This document shows, in pieces, positions 1-11,849 of a stretch of DNA of 64,000 bases. The DNA comes from Eledone cirrhosa (taxonomy: Eukaryota), in assembly GCA_964016885.1 (NCBI GenBank), contig OZ024740.1, positions 138,508,001 to 138,572,000 on the forward strand, written 5' to 3'. The notes under the pieces are model-generated. The model ran no database searches. It was not told the origin of the DNA and worked only from the letters and a program-made list of their open reading frames with translations. Every line of letters begins with the position of its first letter. The first letter of the stretch is position 1. The position numbers and the translations under genes are program-made.

Positions 1-1656
1 GCATGTCTGTGCCTCTCCCACTAGACCACCAACGACAAGCGCCAACCTCTTTGCTAGCACCTTGGCCAAAATCTTGAACTCTGTGTTTAGCAGAGTTATG
101 GGCCTAAAATTTTCTATATTATCCCCCTTGTTCGGATCCTTTCTTAGCAGCGCCACCGCTCCTCGGCTCACAGAGCTGGGAATTCTCCCGTTCTGTTGCC
201 AGTTGCAGTAGACGTCCGCCAAGAGGCCTCCGAACAAGTTTGGCATTTGTACGTAAAGTTCATAGGGCAGACCATCCAAACCAGGCGATTTACCCCTTGT
301 GCAACTAGTCATTGCATCCCGTACTTCAGCGGTTGTTATCGGCTTTTCGCAACACTCCGCCTCAGTGGCCGAAAGCCGCGGCAGTCCGTCGAGGTAGATA
401 CTAAAGTCCATCCCTCGATCCGGCCCGCCACTGCCCCCGAACAGTTGAGCGAAGTGTCGCTGAAAAGCTTCACACATTTGCCCGGGATCGAGTAGCATGC
501 GCCCGTCGTGGTCCACCAAAGACCGGATCGTGGCTTTGTTGCCACGACGCGCCTCCGCCACTCGGGCCCATTGAACGGCTTTCGTCCCCTCGTGTCTGCG
601 AGAACGCACCCTAGCTCTGACAACGCAGCCTTCGTGCTTTGCATTGAAGAATTGGTCAAGGGCCAATTTCGCCGCAAGTACGTCGGTCGCGATGCCTTTG
701 CTAAGCGCCTCATCTAATTTTTTAACTAATTCTCCCTCTGCTCTATTTTTCTCTATTGCTAAAGTCTTACTAAACCTAGTGGACTCTATTCTAATCGCTC
801 TTTTCAGAGCAAACCACCACTTGTTGTTGACGATGGCCCCCGTCAACGCCCGCTTAACTAGTTCGCTAATCCGGTCTCTGTAGGCCTTGCGCGCTGGTAA
901 GGACGCGTTTAGCTTCCAGTAGCCGGGTCCTCGTCTATGAAGCCTATCTAAGTCAAGCACACAGATCACGAATTTGTGGTCCGTGTAGCTGACTATCTTG
1001 AATTGTGGACAGCCTATGCTAGACCTATCTATTTCCCTACAAAATACTCTATCTAGATATGATCTGGATGACCCTATGCGATTTGTCCAAGTCCACATTG
1101 GTACATTCAGGAAATCCATTCGGTACCTGTCAGACAGTTCAAAACGTCTGAGCAGGTTGGTGAGACTCTTGCACCCTCCTTCCCTATCCACTAATCCCAC
1201 ACAATCCCAGCGTGCATCTAAGATCCCGTTCCAGTCGCCCACTAACACTAAAGAGCGGGACGTTCCAAGAAAGGTCTCCAGACGCCGGAAGAAATCAGGC
1301 CGCCCTGCTCCTGTCGGGGCATAGACGGCCACTAACCTGAAAGCTAGCCCGTCTCCGCTGGTCACGTCCAGCACCACCAACTTACCTTCTGGGTCCAGGA
1401 AGATGGCCCGTATGGCAAGATCCAAACCTCTCCGAAAAAGCACAGCAACTCCTCGCCCCGATCCCGGACGGCTGGGAGATGCGTACACATCGTAGCCGCC
1501 GAAGATCGGTGCGAAAGCCTGTGCTTCGGAGATTCTGGTCTCGCTGATGGCCACTACATCTATGTTTAGTGACCTGAGGTCGTTGAGCAGGTGGCCCTGC
1601 TTCCATGACGACCCCAAGCCACGCGCATTTATGCTGCCAATTCTGAGTGAGGTCAT
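1..1656 (-). pseudogene. Tx1 ORF2 N-terminal part (APE endonuclease, linker, start of RT), disrupted
   Basis: Manual translation from ATG at 1656 gives MTSLRIGSINARGLGSSWKQGHLLNDLRSLNIDVVAISETR; later GDWNGILDARWD, SYLDR, TDHKF, GPGYWKLN and FRPITLLN. No single long ORF in the track, so it is broken. Confidence 0.88.
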
Positions 1657-1690
1657 GTTGAAAAGGAGTGGAAAAGATGGGAAAGACCAC

Positions 1691-3712
1691 TTACCTTACT
1701 TCTCGTAGGGGAAGGACGGTTTTTCCATCCTTTTCACTGCTTGTGGCCTCCTCAGGAAGGATGTCCTTATAAATCCTCCTGGAGAGTGCTTGTCGGAAGT
1801 CTCCGATGTCTTTGGGGAATTTTTGTTTCAGTGTCATGTACGTTTTCTGTGTGATGCGAGTGATTTGTACGTGTGGAGGTGGTGTGAATTTTGGGGTTGT
1901 TGTGTAGTCTTTTTCTGTGATGCTGGTGTTGTGTTGGATGTAGTGTAATAATTGCTTGTTGTTCAAATTTAATGCTGTGTAGTGTGTATCGTTTTGGTTG
2001 TTTTGTTTTGTTTGCGTTTGTTGTGGGTTTTTTTCTGTTTCGCATTTTGGTGACTTTTGTGGTGTAGGTGATGGTGGTGTTGGGGTTAATGATGGTGATG
2101 GTGTTGGTGTTTGGGTTGATGGGGTTGGTGATGCTGGTGTGGATGGTGGCATATCTGTCCTAACTTTTTTGTTTCTTAATTTATTTGTTTCCCTCTGTAT
2201 TTTGTTTTTGGAGGGGGAAGGAAGAGAATTTTTTCTTTTTTGGTTTCTTTTTTTTTCCGGATATCGTTTCCCACTCCTCGTCGTCACAATCTGTCTCCAG
2301 TTGTGATAGGCCGGGGAGTGGAAAATCCTCCACAGCCGTTAGTTTTGGTTGTGGCGTGGTGGATGGTGTAGGCGCTGGTGCTAGTTCTGAAGCGTTGGGT
2401 GGTGGTGGTGTTGGTTTTGCTGGTGGTGGTGGTGGTGTTGGTTTTGCTACTGTTGCTGGGGTTGTTGCTGTTATAGTTGCTTCTGTTGTTGCTGCTACAG
2501 TTGTTGCTGCCATCTCTGCTACTGGTGGTGTTGATGGTTGTGTCACTGGGGTGGGTAGGAGAGGTGGCCTCAACCTTTTAGCCTGAGGGCAGAAAGCCCT
2601 TAGGTGGGTTCCTTCACCACAAACGACACACCTAGGTCTTCTGCCCTCGACAATTACCGTGAGGTGGCTGCCGTCAGTGAGGTCTATTACCTCTGGGATC
2701 TCCTCAATGCTTTTTTGGTCCGCTTGGATCAGGAGCTCCATCCCAGATCCGGACCAGTTTTCCTGCTTTTCTTTTGCTATTGCTATTATTTTCGTGTTGG
2801 CTTCGATGCCGGCGAGGACGGCCGCTATTAGCCAGGGAATTTCGATGGCCGGTGGAACGTGTGTCACCCTGATCTTTACGAGTCTCTGGCCACAATAGCT
2901 TGGGACGAGTGTGAAGTCGTCACTTTTTAATGGGGCCATGGAGTGTTCTCTAACCTCCTCTGGTGTTTCAAAGAACACGTCCACAGTTCCATACTTTTGC
3001 CCACGTCTGATGTGGGTTTTTCTTGCCCACACATGTCCCAAAGCTTTTTGGATTTAGGACTCGGATGCCCGTTCTACTCGGCGCGATTTTACATTTATTG
3101 TTCTATACGACACGGTGCATAGGCGCCGATGCTCCATTTTATTAGGTGGGGGGGGGGGGGGGGGGTGAGGCTGACCCTGTACCCATCTTTCTTTACCATT
3201 TGTTTGGCATTTTCTAAATCCTCCTGAGTTACCGTATATGCTTCGAACTGTTTTGCTACTATTGCAAAACTGAGGGGCGTTTTTATAATGTCATTGTTGT
3301 TGTTGTTGCTATCGTTATTTGTGTTAATATTAATTTTAGTTTCAGTTGTGGTGGTGGTGACGTCAGTCGTCTTTGGTGGGGAAGAGTCCATTTTGCTTGA
3401 TTTCATTTCGACATCACGAGTTAATTTATTTTTTTCTTCTTTTGTTTCTGTTGTCGCGGTGGTGGTGGTGGTGGTTGTCGCGGTGGTGGTGGTGGTGTTG
3501 GTGGTGGTGGAGGCTTTAACACCTGCAGTCATTGGTAATGGCGGGAAATGAGTGTCTGCCTGAGACAAATTTAAAATATTGCTAGTGCTTATATTTTTTT
3601 TTGTGTTGGCAAACGTAGTAACATTTACAATGGTGGTGTCGGTGTGAGGTGTTAATTTGTGAGGAAGGCTTTCAGCTGCTTCGTGCAGAGGTGAATTAGC
3701 CATTTTTTTCAA
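1691..3712 (-). pseudogene. Tx1 ORF1 (gag-like nucleic-acid-binding protein) split by stops/frameshifts
   Basis: ORF pieces 3095-3712, 2181-3041 and 1691-2287; IVEGRRPRCVVCGEGTHLRAFC is a CX2CX4HX4C zinc knuckle followed by a Pro/Thr-rich linker; same layout as ORF1 of copy 2. Confidence 0.82.
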
Positions 3713-3934
3713 AGAAATTTTTTTGATAATAATAAAAGTTTAAATTTTGGGCACAAGGCCCCAATCTTTTTGGGTGTCCTTTTCGGAAAACAATGTATGT
3801 GCGCTTATAAACAGTTAACAATAAAATTTTCCATAAATGACAATTTTTAACAAACGGAATTAACATACCTTTGCGGAGCTCACGATGATACGATTTACTA
3901 CGTAGGTCGCCAATAATAATAATAATAATAATAA

Positions 3935-4343
3935 GCATAAGCCAGAGGCGGTGATAGAGAACGATCAGGTGAAGGGGCTGTGGGATTTTAGGATACAGAC
4001 GGACAAGAAACTGGAACACAATAGACCTGGCCTGGTGGTTGTGGACAAAGAAAAAAGATCGTGTCTGATTGTGGATGTGGCCTGCCCATTCGATTTGGAA
4101 CTGCCATGAAGTCAAAGTGATCCCGATTGTCAGAGGCGCACTGGGGACTATCTCCAAAAGTTTCCAGGGATGGTTAAAGAAAATCGGCCCCTTCACGCTT
4201 TTTGGAACGCTTCAAAAGGCATGCTTGCTGGGAACAGCAAGAACCCTCCGATACGTCCTGAATATCTGAGGCTGCAGGTAGTGGCTTGATATTCATTCCA
4301 ACGGACTTTCCAGTTAACTAACATCAATGACTGAGACTCAAGG
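3935..4343 (+). mobile_element. 5'-truncated R4/Dong-like RLE LINE fragment with an internal deletion of about 70 bp
   Basis: Near-identical to 6898-7380, except 'gcccatt' joins directly to 'gatttggaactgcc'; flanked on both sides by (AAT)n. Confidence 0.9.
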
Positions 4344-4374
4344 AATAATAATAATAATAGTAATAATAATAATA

Positions 4375-7300
4375 CCTGGAACAGAGATACGGCCACTGAA
4401 GAGATGAATGCTGACGGGCTAGGACAAGATTTGGTTGATATCCTAAACTTAGTGGTAGATGAATTGAACAATGATAGTGGAAAACCTATGAACCTAAGAT
4501 ATGTAGACAGGAAAAAGTTAAAAGAAACAACAGCTAAGGTAAACAAAGTCATCCCATACCTTGAGGCGAGGAGCCTTCACCAGTGCAACAATATCCTCAA
4601 AGCAACAGCAAACACGGTGAGGAAACTATCTGGTATAAAAACGAAAGGAAACAACAAAAAGAAAGAGCAGAGCCTTGGTGGAAGAAACGACTGAGTGGTC
4701 AAATCAGGGAAATGAGAAATGACATTGGAAAGCTTGAGTCCCTACTGAATGGGACACTAAAAAACATAGTCACTAAAAATAGACTGGAAATAAAGTACAA
4801 AACTAGGAGGAAAAAGCTAAATATTATCATAGAGGAACTGAAGCAACGCATTGTAGCAAAGAGTGCAAAAATCAGGCGTAAACGAGAACAGAGTCAGTCA
4901 GTATAGGCAGAACCGCATGTTCGACAACAACCAGAAGATGCTGTTTGGACAGCTTGAAGGGAAAGAAAGAGGCAACGACTTCATCCATGAGGCGGAACAA
5001 ACTAAAACATTCTGGAGAGGAATATGGGAGCAGGATGTTAAACATAATGACCAGGCAGTGTGGATTGAGACAGTACAGAAGGAGATTAGTGAAGAGGCAC
5101 ACCAACAAACTGATTTGAGTATCACAGTTGAAACTCTTAAAGGGCAGGCCAAAAAACTAACCAACTGGAAATCACCAGGCCCAGATGGTGTGCAGGGGTA
5201 TTGGATTAAAAATATAACATCCCTCCACACGAAACTGACAACCATGTTCAATGACTGCTTGATGTCAGGTGAGGTACCAGAGTGGTTGACAAAAGGTACC
5301 ACAGTTCTGGTAATGAAATACCGAATCAAGGGTAATGATGTTACCAACTATAGACCTATCACATGTCTGTCCGTAATGTGGAAACTGTTGACAAGCATTA
5401 TGTCTGAGGAAATCTACCATCACCTCCACACAAACAACATGTTACCGGACGAACAGAAAGGATGCCGAAAGAAGTCACGTGGTACAAAGGACCAGTTACT
5501 TATTGATAACATGGTAATGAGGAATTGCAAGAGGAGACACACTGGTCTTGCCATGGGATGGATAGACTACAAAAAGGCATTTGACATGGTGCCTCATTCT
5601 TGGATCACCAAAAGCATAGATATCTTCAAGGTGGCAGATAACATCAGACAGTTGTTGGGCAAAAGTATGAAGTCCTGGGAAACTGAGTTAACATCAACTG
5701 GAGAATCCTTGGGAAGCGTGAAGATCAAGAGAGGTATCTTCCAGGGAGATAGTCTGTCCCCTCTGTTGTTTGTCCTTGCCCTGATGCCCCTGACCAGTGT
5801 ACTGCGAAAAGTGAGAGCAGGATACAGGTTGGGAAAGGGAGGGCTTACCATCAATCACCTCCTCTTCATGGACGATCTTAAGCTCTTCGGGAAGAGTGAG
5901 AAGGAGTTGGATGTGCTTGTTGACACTGTCCGTATTTTCAGCAATGATATATGTATGCAATTTGGTATTAGTAAGTGTGGAGTCATTGTGATGAAGAGCG
6001 GTAAGTTGAGCAGAAGTGACGGAATCCAGGTACCAACAGGTGAGATGATAAAGGAAATTGACTCTGAAGAAGGATACACGTATTTGGGCGTTCTGGAGGC
6101 TGATGACATCAAGAACAAAAAAATGAAGGAATTGATAAGAACTGAATACATTCGGAGAGTAAGGAGCGTATTAAAGTCACACCTGAACAGTAGCAATGCC
6201 ATAAGTGCAGTAAATTCCCGAGCTGTGTCTATTATTAGGTACAGTGCGGGAATTCTGAGATGGAATGTTGCTGAACAAAAAGAAATGGATAGGAAGACTA
6301 GGAAGCTATTGACTATCTACAACATGTTCCACAAGAGGAGTGATGTCGATAGACTCTACTTAAGGAGATCTGAAGGTGGAAGAGGTCTTATCAGCATAGA
6401 GGACTGTGTTCAGATGGAGAAAAACAACCTACACAAATACGTGACTGATAGTAAGGGGCCAATGTTCAGAACTGTACTGAAGGAGGGGACAATAGGCCAG
6501 GGGATGTCCAAGGAGGAAATAACATCAAGGAGAAAGAGCAGCCTTCAGGAAAAATCCCTTCATAGTACCTTCTTGGAGAAAACTGAATTTAGAGATCCAC
6601 AGACATGGAACTGGTTGAAAAGAGGAGACCTTAAAAAGGCTACAGAAGGAATGCTAATGGCAGCGCAAAAGCAGGCCCTCAAAACGAAGTGGCTGAAACA
6701 CCATATTTACAAGGAGGAGGCTAGCCCACTGTGCAGGATCTGTGGAGAGAGAGAGGAGACTGTGGCTCACATTGTATCCGAGTGTAAACACCTAGCCAAG
6801 ACTCACTCTAAGGGCTGGAGACATGATGTGATGGACAGGGTGATCCACTGGCATCTATGCAAAGTATACAATTTACCACATTCTGAGAAGTGGTTTGAGC
6901 ATAAGCCAGAGGCGGTGATAGAAAACGATCAGGTGAAGGTGCTGTGGGATTTTAGGATACAGACGGACAAGAAACTGGAACACAATAGACCTGACCTGGT
7001 GGTTGTGAACAAAGAAAAAAGATCGTGCCTGATTGTGGATGTGGCCTGCCCATTTGACACGAGAGTGCAAGAGAAGGAGAGGGAGAAAATTAACCGATAC
7101 CAGGACTTAAAGTGGGAGGTAAAAAGGATTTGGAACTGCCATGAAGTCAAAGTGATCCCGATTATCATAGGCGCACTAGGGACTATCTCAAAAAGTTTCC
7201 AGGGATGGTTAAAGAAAATTGGCTCCTTCACGCTTTTTGGAACGCTTCAAAAGGCATGCTTGCTGGGAACAGCAAGAACCCTGCGATAGGTCCTGAATAT

Positions 7301-7382
7301 CTGAGGCTGCAGGTAGTGGCTTGATATTCATTTCAACAAACTTTCCAGTTAACTAACATCAATGAATGAGACTTAAAGAGTC
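4375..7382 (+). mobile_element. R4/Dong-clade non-LTR retrotransposon (RT plus restriction-like endonuclease), 5'-truncated, in a (TAA)n tract
   Basis: One long ORF with frameshifts near 4670 and 4880, a short 3' UTR, and (AAT)n at 4344-4374 and 7383-7418. Confidence 0.92.
4863..7289 (+). CDS. RT-RLE polyprotein (808 aa portion); premature stop 5 codons before the normal end
   Basis: RT motifs NYRPITCL, GIFQGDSLSPLLF, HLLFMDDLKL; CRICGEREETVAHIVSEC zinc motif; RHD; RPDLVVVNKEKRSCLIVDVACP and KINRYQDL (PD-D-K RLE). The sister fragment reads LRYVLNI* where this copy has TAG. Confidence 0.9.
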   Translation: MQKSGVNENRVSQYRQNRMFDNNQKMLFGQLEGKERGNDFIHEAEQTKTFWRGIWEQDVKHNDQAVWIETVQKEISEEAHQQTDLSITVETLKGQAKKLTNWKSPGPDGVQGYWIKNITSLHTKLTTMFNDCLMSGEVPEWLTKGTTVLVMKYRIKGNDVTNYRPITCLSVMWKLLTSIMSEEIYHHLHTNNMLPDEQKGCRKKSRGTKDQLLIDNMVMRNCKRRHTGLAMGWIDYKKAFDMVPHSWITKSIDIFKVADNIRQLLGKSMKSWETELTSTGESLGSVKIKRGIFQGDSLSPLLFVLALMPLTSVLRKVRAGYRLGKGGLTINHLLFMDDLKLFGKSEKELDVLVDTVRIFSNDICMQFGISKCGVIVMKSGKLSRSDGIQVPTGEMIKEIDSEEGYTYLGVLEADDIKNKKMKELIRTEYIRRVRSVLKSHLNSSNAISAVNSRAVSIIRYSAGILRWNVAEQKEMDRKTRKLLTIYNMFHKRSDVDRLYLRRSEGGRGLISIEDCVQMEKNNLHKYVTDSKGPMFRTVLKEGTIGQGMSKEEITSRRKSSLQEKSLHSTFLEKTEFRDPQTWNWLKRGDLKKATEGMLMAAQKQALKTKWLKHHIYKEEASPLCRICGEREETVAHIVSECKHLAKTHSKGWRHDVMDRVIHWHLCKVYNLPHSEKWFEHKPEAVIENDQVKVLWDFRIQTDKKLEHNRPDLVVVNKEKRSCLIVDVACPFDTRVQEKEREKINRYQDLKWEVKRIWNCHEVKVIPIIIGALGTISKSFQGWLKKIGSFTLFGTLQKACLLGTARTLR

Positions 7383-7418
7383 ATAACAATAATAATAATA
7401 GTAATAATAATAATAATG

Positions 7419-7550
7419 ATTTCTTTATTGGCCACAAGGGCTGACATCAAGAAAAACATTACAGACGGCACAGGACGGTACAGGACGGTACGATGTGGGT
7501 TTTGTGCGTGTAAAGATTTTTATTATTTATATAAGAAAAAAAAAAAGACA
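7419..7550 (-). mobile_element. Extreme 3' tip of a TAA-type Tx1 LINE
   Basis: tttctttattggccacaagggctgacatcaagaaaaacattacag matches the Tx1 3' end at 19838 (tttctttattagcgacacaaggctgacattaag); AATAAA on the minus strand, then (TTA)n. Confidence 0.7.
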
Positions 7551-8589
7551 GTAATATAATAATAATAAAGATGGTGATGATGATGATAACAATAACAACA
7601 ACAGCAACAACAATAACTTGGATTACGTTATGTCAGCGTCATGTGGCCAATACTCTAACATCACTATTCTGAGCTAACGAGTGCTCAACCTCATTACGTT
7701 GACGTTTAACTAATGATAATTAGTATTCCCCAATGAAAGCAACATTGACTAGTACAGACAAGCGATTCTCATGACTTCATACTGTAAACCTCTGCTTAAC
7801 TAATCATAACTAAACGTCTACCGATACTTATTTGCGGCACCTTATAATTAACCAATTTAAACTGGTTTGGATTGATTTTTCACTGCATAGATGTATCCTC
7901 ACTAGACAGTATATGTATTGAACATTAATGGTTTTCGTAGGCAAGGGATACAGCCGATTGTCTTGTTCTCAAACATATTACTAGTACTTGAGTTAGAAAG
8001 CTCTGAGCTGAAACGAGAATTCAAAACATACAGACGAAACTGAATATTGTAAAATGTTTATTTCTACCAACTTATCTACATTATACAACCTTATATTTCT
8101 GCTAACTTACTTACATTACACAACATTTATTTAGAAAAAAGACTGGACAATGGAGAGAGTATAACAAGCCCAGACTGTAACACTGAACCACGTACAATTA
8201 AGAAGTGCATGCCATAATGGTTAATATAGTTCTCAACTAGAGGGAGAGACATATCTGAATCACACATAGTCATTCAACCGACTACCTATTTGTCAACATT
8301 CATTCTTACTAGCCACCCTTCCCGTCTCTTCCTTCCAAGTGCAAGCTCATCAACGGACGACTCCCAGTGACTCCTTGACAAGTGCAATGTGACTATCGTG
8401 AAAATTTGCGTGTAAGAATTCAAATATGACTTCTTGTTTCCCTCCCTCAAATATTATTTTACAAAACACCATCTTGGCTAGATACAGATAAGTTCGTCAG
8501 ACCAGCCCGGGTACCCAGAAAAAAAAGGGTCAGAACAAACAGCAGAAATCATTTTTTTCACCGCTTTAACAGTTTCACCATCCCACCAG

Positions 8590-8740
8590 CCTGGACTGCT
8601 ACATTATTTTATCGGCCCCGGAAAGAGCAAAGACAAAAATTGGTCACTGGGAAATTTGGACTCAGAACGTAAAAAGCCAGAACAAGTGCCGCAAGGCATC
8701 GGGTCTGACGCTTTAACGATTCTGCCAACTCCCTACCTTA
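8590..8740 (-). mobile_element. SINE family A, decayed copy
   Basis: Reverse complement contains gttggcagaatcgttaaagcgtcagac...ttctgagtccaaatt...ggggccgataaaata, matching the other family A copies. Confidence 0.65.
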
Positions 8741-8809
8741 GGTTAAATCTACGTGCCATTGATTAACTCAATCAGGAGGTGGGGGTTTAACCTGACCAAT
8801 CAATAACAA

Positions 8810-9000
8810 TGGTGCAACCTGTAGATAGTCACTCGAACTGCTACAAGTGATAGGCAAGTCAAATCTCCGTTAAATATCGTCGACTGTCTTTAAAAAAAAT
8901 AGGAAAGTAATTGAATAATGGAGTCATAGATGTACAATTCCCGAAAAAATACTGGATGGTCAGGACAGGAACACCGTTGATCATAGGCCTGCTTAGTCAA
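8810..9000 (-). repeat. Dispersed repeat family D (about 200 bp)
   Basis: Reverse complement resembles the tgatcaaa...gaccatcc...gatttggctgctatttctagca unit seen at 32425-33130. Confidence 0.5.
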
Positions 9001-9857
9001 AACAACAACAGCAAAAATAATCAGAATTTCACAGCTGGTGGAGTTGATAAAGGTGTCGGCCTAATGATCTGAGATTCTTAACATGGCAGTGGAACTCTTT
9101 TAAATGACTCATTGAGCGGAAGGAGCCATGGCCCAGTTTCAGGGTCTTAGTGGCTGGTGGATGGAAATTATCATCCGATTGGAGATCTAGTGCGAATGCG
9201 TGCAGCAGAGAGAATTTAGCTAAAGGAACCAAAGAACTATGTCCGTGGAAAAATCACTAAATGCTAAATGACACAGTACACATTTCTCTACATTTTCAGC
9301 ACGAAGAAGTACATTCAAGGTTGTAGTCATAGAGAGGGTGTGGAGGTGTCTATAACACCATAACGTACCTACTTACAGCTAGTTGTACTGGTTGGGCAAG
9401 AGTTAAATGTTTTGGCTATGAATACAACTTAGTTCTGGTACCTAGATACTAACTATTTACCATAGCAACTTGTGAAGTTACACGAGGAAGTGAATTAAAA
9501 AGGTTTATAGGACGGTAAGATGTGAAATATGGAGGATTTTGCTACTATTTCTAGATATTCAGCGACCACAAAGGGTTTTCCTCGTTTGCTAGTGTTGCAT
9601 TGCGTTTCAGATTACTGTTATTACCATCCAATATAAATATGTTCAAGCTCAATGATTAAACCAATTAATTAAAACTGCTTGATTGAATCAGACTGTTAAT
9701 TAAAATTTAGTTCGACAACCCTTTGTTCTCTATAAATCAAAGCTAATTTAAAGAGTCGTAATTTTTTTTACTATTCGACTATATTTTAGATACGTACTTA
9801 ATTTAAAACAACTGTAGTTGTATATCTAGCCTGTTAGATTCAACAATCGATACAATA

Positions 9858-10974
9858 TCTATATATATAAAACAGAGGATGTCTGTCTGTGCAAATCCCT
9901 AAAACTCGAGAAGTACCCGACCAATTTTTTTCAAACTTTACACATGCGTTACTTATATTTCTTGAAGTGCAATGGGCTAAAAATATTTAAACTTGTTTTG
10001 CCCTAGGGCCCGCATTATGCGAAAAACCGCATTTTAAAGGCATTTTAAGGCTTTTTTTAGTCGTAACTTAAAGATAATCAGCCAATTCCTCGAAATTTGC
10101 AGCACACATTAGTTAATCCCCTCACATTGCTGTGAACAAAAAAAATGTCCGATTCCATTAATGGTTTCTAGGAAATTTACGAATTAGCATTGGGCATTAC
10201 ATGCTATTTTCATTTTCAATATAAACGCTACTTAAATATCGTAAGTAGCGTATAATATTCGTTAAAAATTGGGTTTATTTAACAGAGGACACAACACTTA
10301 CTTACTTTTAAGTAGGACCATTTTCGGGGGGTTGAGGAAATGAGGAGGACCTTAAAATTTTTGTCGGCGCCCTGTTGACGCTTCGTGCAAATCCGGGCCC
10401 TGTGTACATTGCCGTGTTATTGACACCGTAAAACTCACGTCTGTGCTACTTCTACTAAGACGCCTTTTGTTGCACCTACACCGCAGTATGAACGCCCTGC
10501 GCAAGTACACCGAACAACGGTTGTGCTAATTTCGTGGTAACCCCTTTTTCGCACCTTTGTTGCCGTGTAAACGCAGGGCAACCAGTGCCATCCAGCGTTT
10601 GTGCTAATTGAACTATGACCCCCTTCTGCTGCAGCTGTGTTGTCAACGCTGATTTCGTCCTCACAATATCCCTACTTAAACATACATCCCTACTTGGTTT
10701 TCACACAATTGACTACGTCACTCCTTCAGACTGACATGTGTTCTCCATCCGTGACGTAATTCGCGAACAGACATACGACATACACCGCCCCACAACACTT
10801 ACTCCTTTCGCATCCAGGATTTCCGCAATCAGCCCACTGACACTGCCACAACTGGATTCGGCTTGCTGGTGTTCTACGTTTCCACTAGATGAACAATCAT
10901 TCACTGAGAATAAGGGAATAGCGTGTTGCTATTTCACGTTTCCTACCCCGTGCAACGCCGGGTCCTGCTGCTAG
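9858..10974 (+). mobile_element. Non-autonomous Helitron
   Basis: Starts TC (a|tctatatatataaaa), ends CTAG|t, has a subterminal GC hairpin cccg-tgcaacgc-cggg about 10 nt before CTAG, sits between A and T, and has no TIR or TSD. Confidence 0.8.
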
Positions 10975-11298
10975 TAGAATATAAAAACCTTTTCAGAATG
11001 CGATCCTGTTTCTAGTGCTTTAACTCCTCCAGAGTATCCTCATTCTGCTGTAGGTTCCTTCCCACAGTGAGTTATAGGGTAAATTCTTGAAGATTTTGTA
11101 GCAATGTACTTACTATACCTTGAGCAAGTGAATTTGATGGTATGCGTCCCCGTTTCATCGAACGCAAAAATCTGATTTACTTGATACGTTAATACATATA
11201 TTAGATTCTACATACATCCAGTACCAAGTGGCATTCATTGAGAACTTTTATGTTTATGCACCACAGAATAAATAATAAACAATTTTATATGGTATATA

Positions 11299-11382
11299 TA
11301 TATGTGTGTTTGTGTGTCTGCGTGCCCCATTCTTTGATAATTATCAAAGAATGGGGCACGCACACACACAAACACACATATA
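11299..11382. repeat. 84 bp loop-less palindrome
   Basis: tatatgtgtgtttgtgtgtctgcgtgccccattctttgataa|ttatcaaagaatggggcacgcacacacacaaacacacatata; 41 of 42 pairs match. Confidence 0.95.
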
Positions 11383-11417
11383 GATTATAATCTACCGTTA
11401 TTACTTGCGCGACAACT

Positions 11418-11619
<202 letters not shown>

Positions 11620-11849
11620 TTTCTATTTATTTGCCACGAGGGCACAAAAGAAGGGGACAAATACACAGTGGGGGAGTTTACATAAATCGAGTAAAGAAAA
11701 AAGGAATAACAATAATAATATAATAATAAAAAGTCCTCAAAAGGGAGGGGGCGTGTTGGGGATTGCACATACCCCCGAAAAGTGTGCAACCTTTTTCGCG
11801 GGAGAAGCCCAGAGAGGAGGCGCTCCCCCTTTCCTCTTCACTTCTTCAC

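Larger units (their letters stand above)
1..3911 (-). mobile_element. Tx1/L1-clade LINE copy 1 (5' UTR, ORF1, 5' half of ORF2); 3' part runs off the window
   Basis: ORF1 has a CCHC knuckle; ORF2 has an APE endonuclease and RT start homologous to the 12146-15280 ORF; the 5' end abuts (AAT)n at 3912. Confidence 0.9.
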
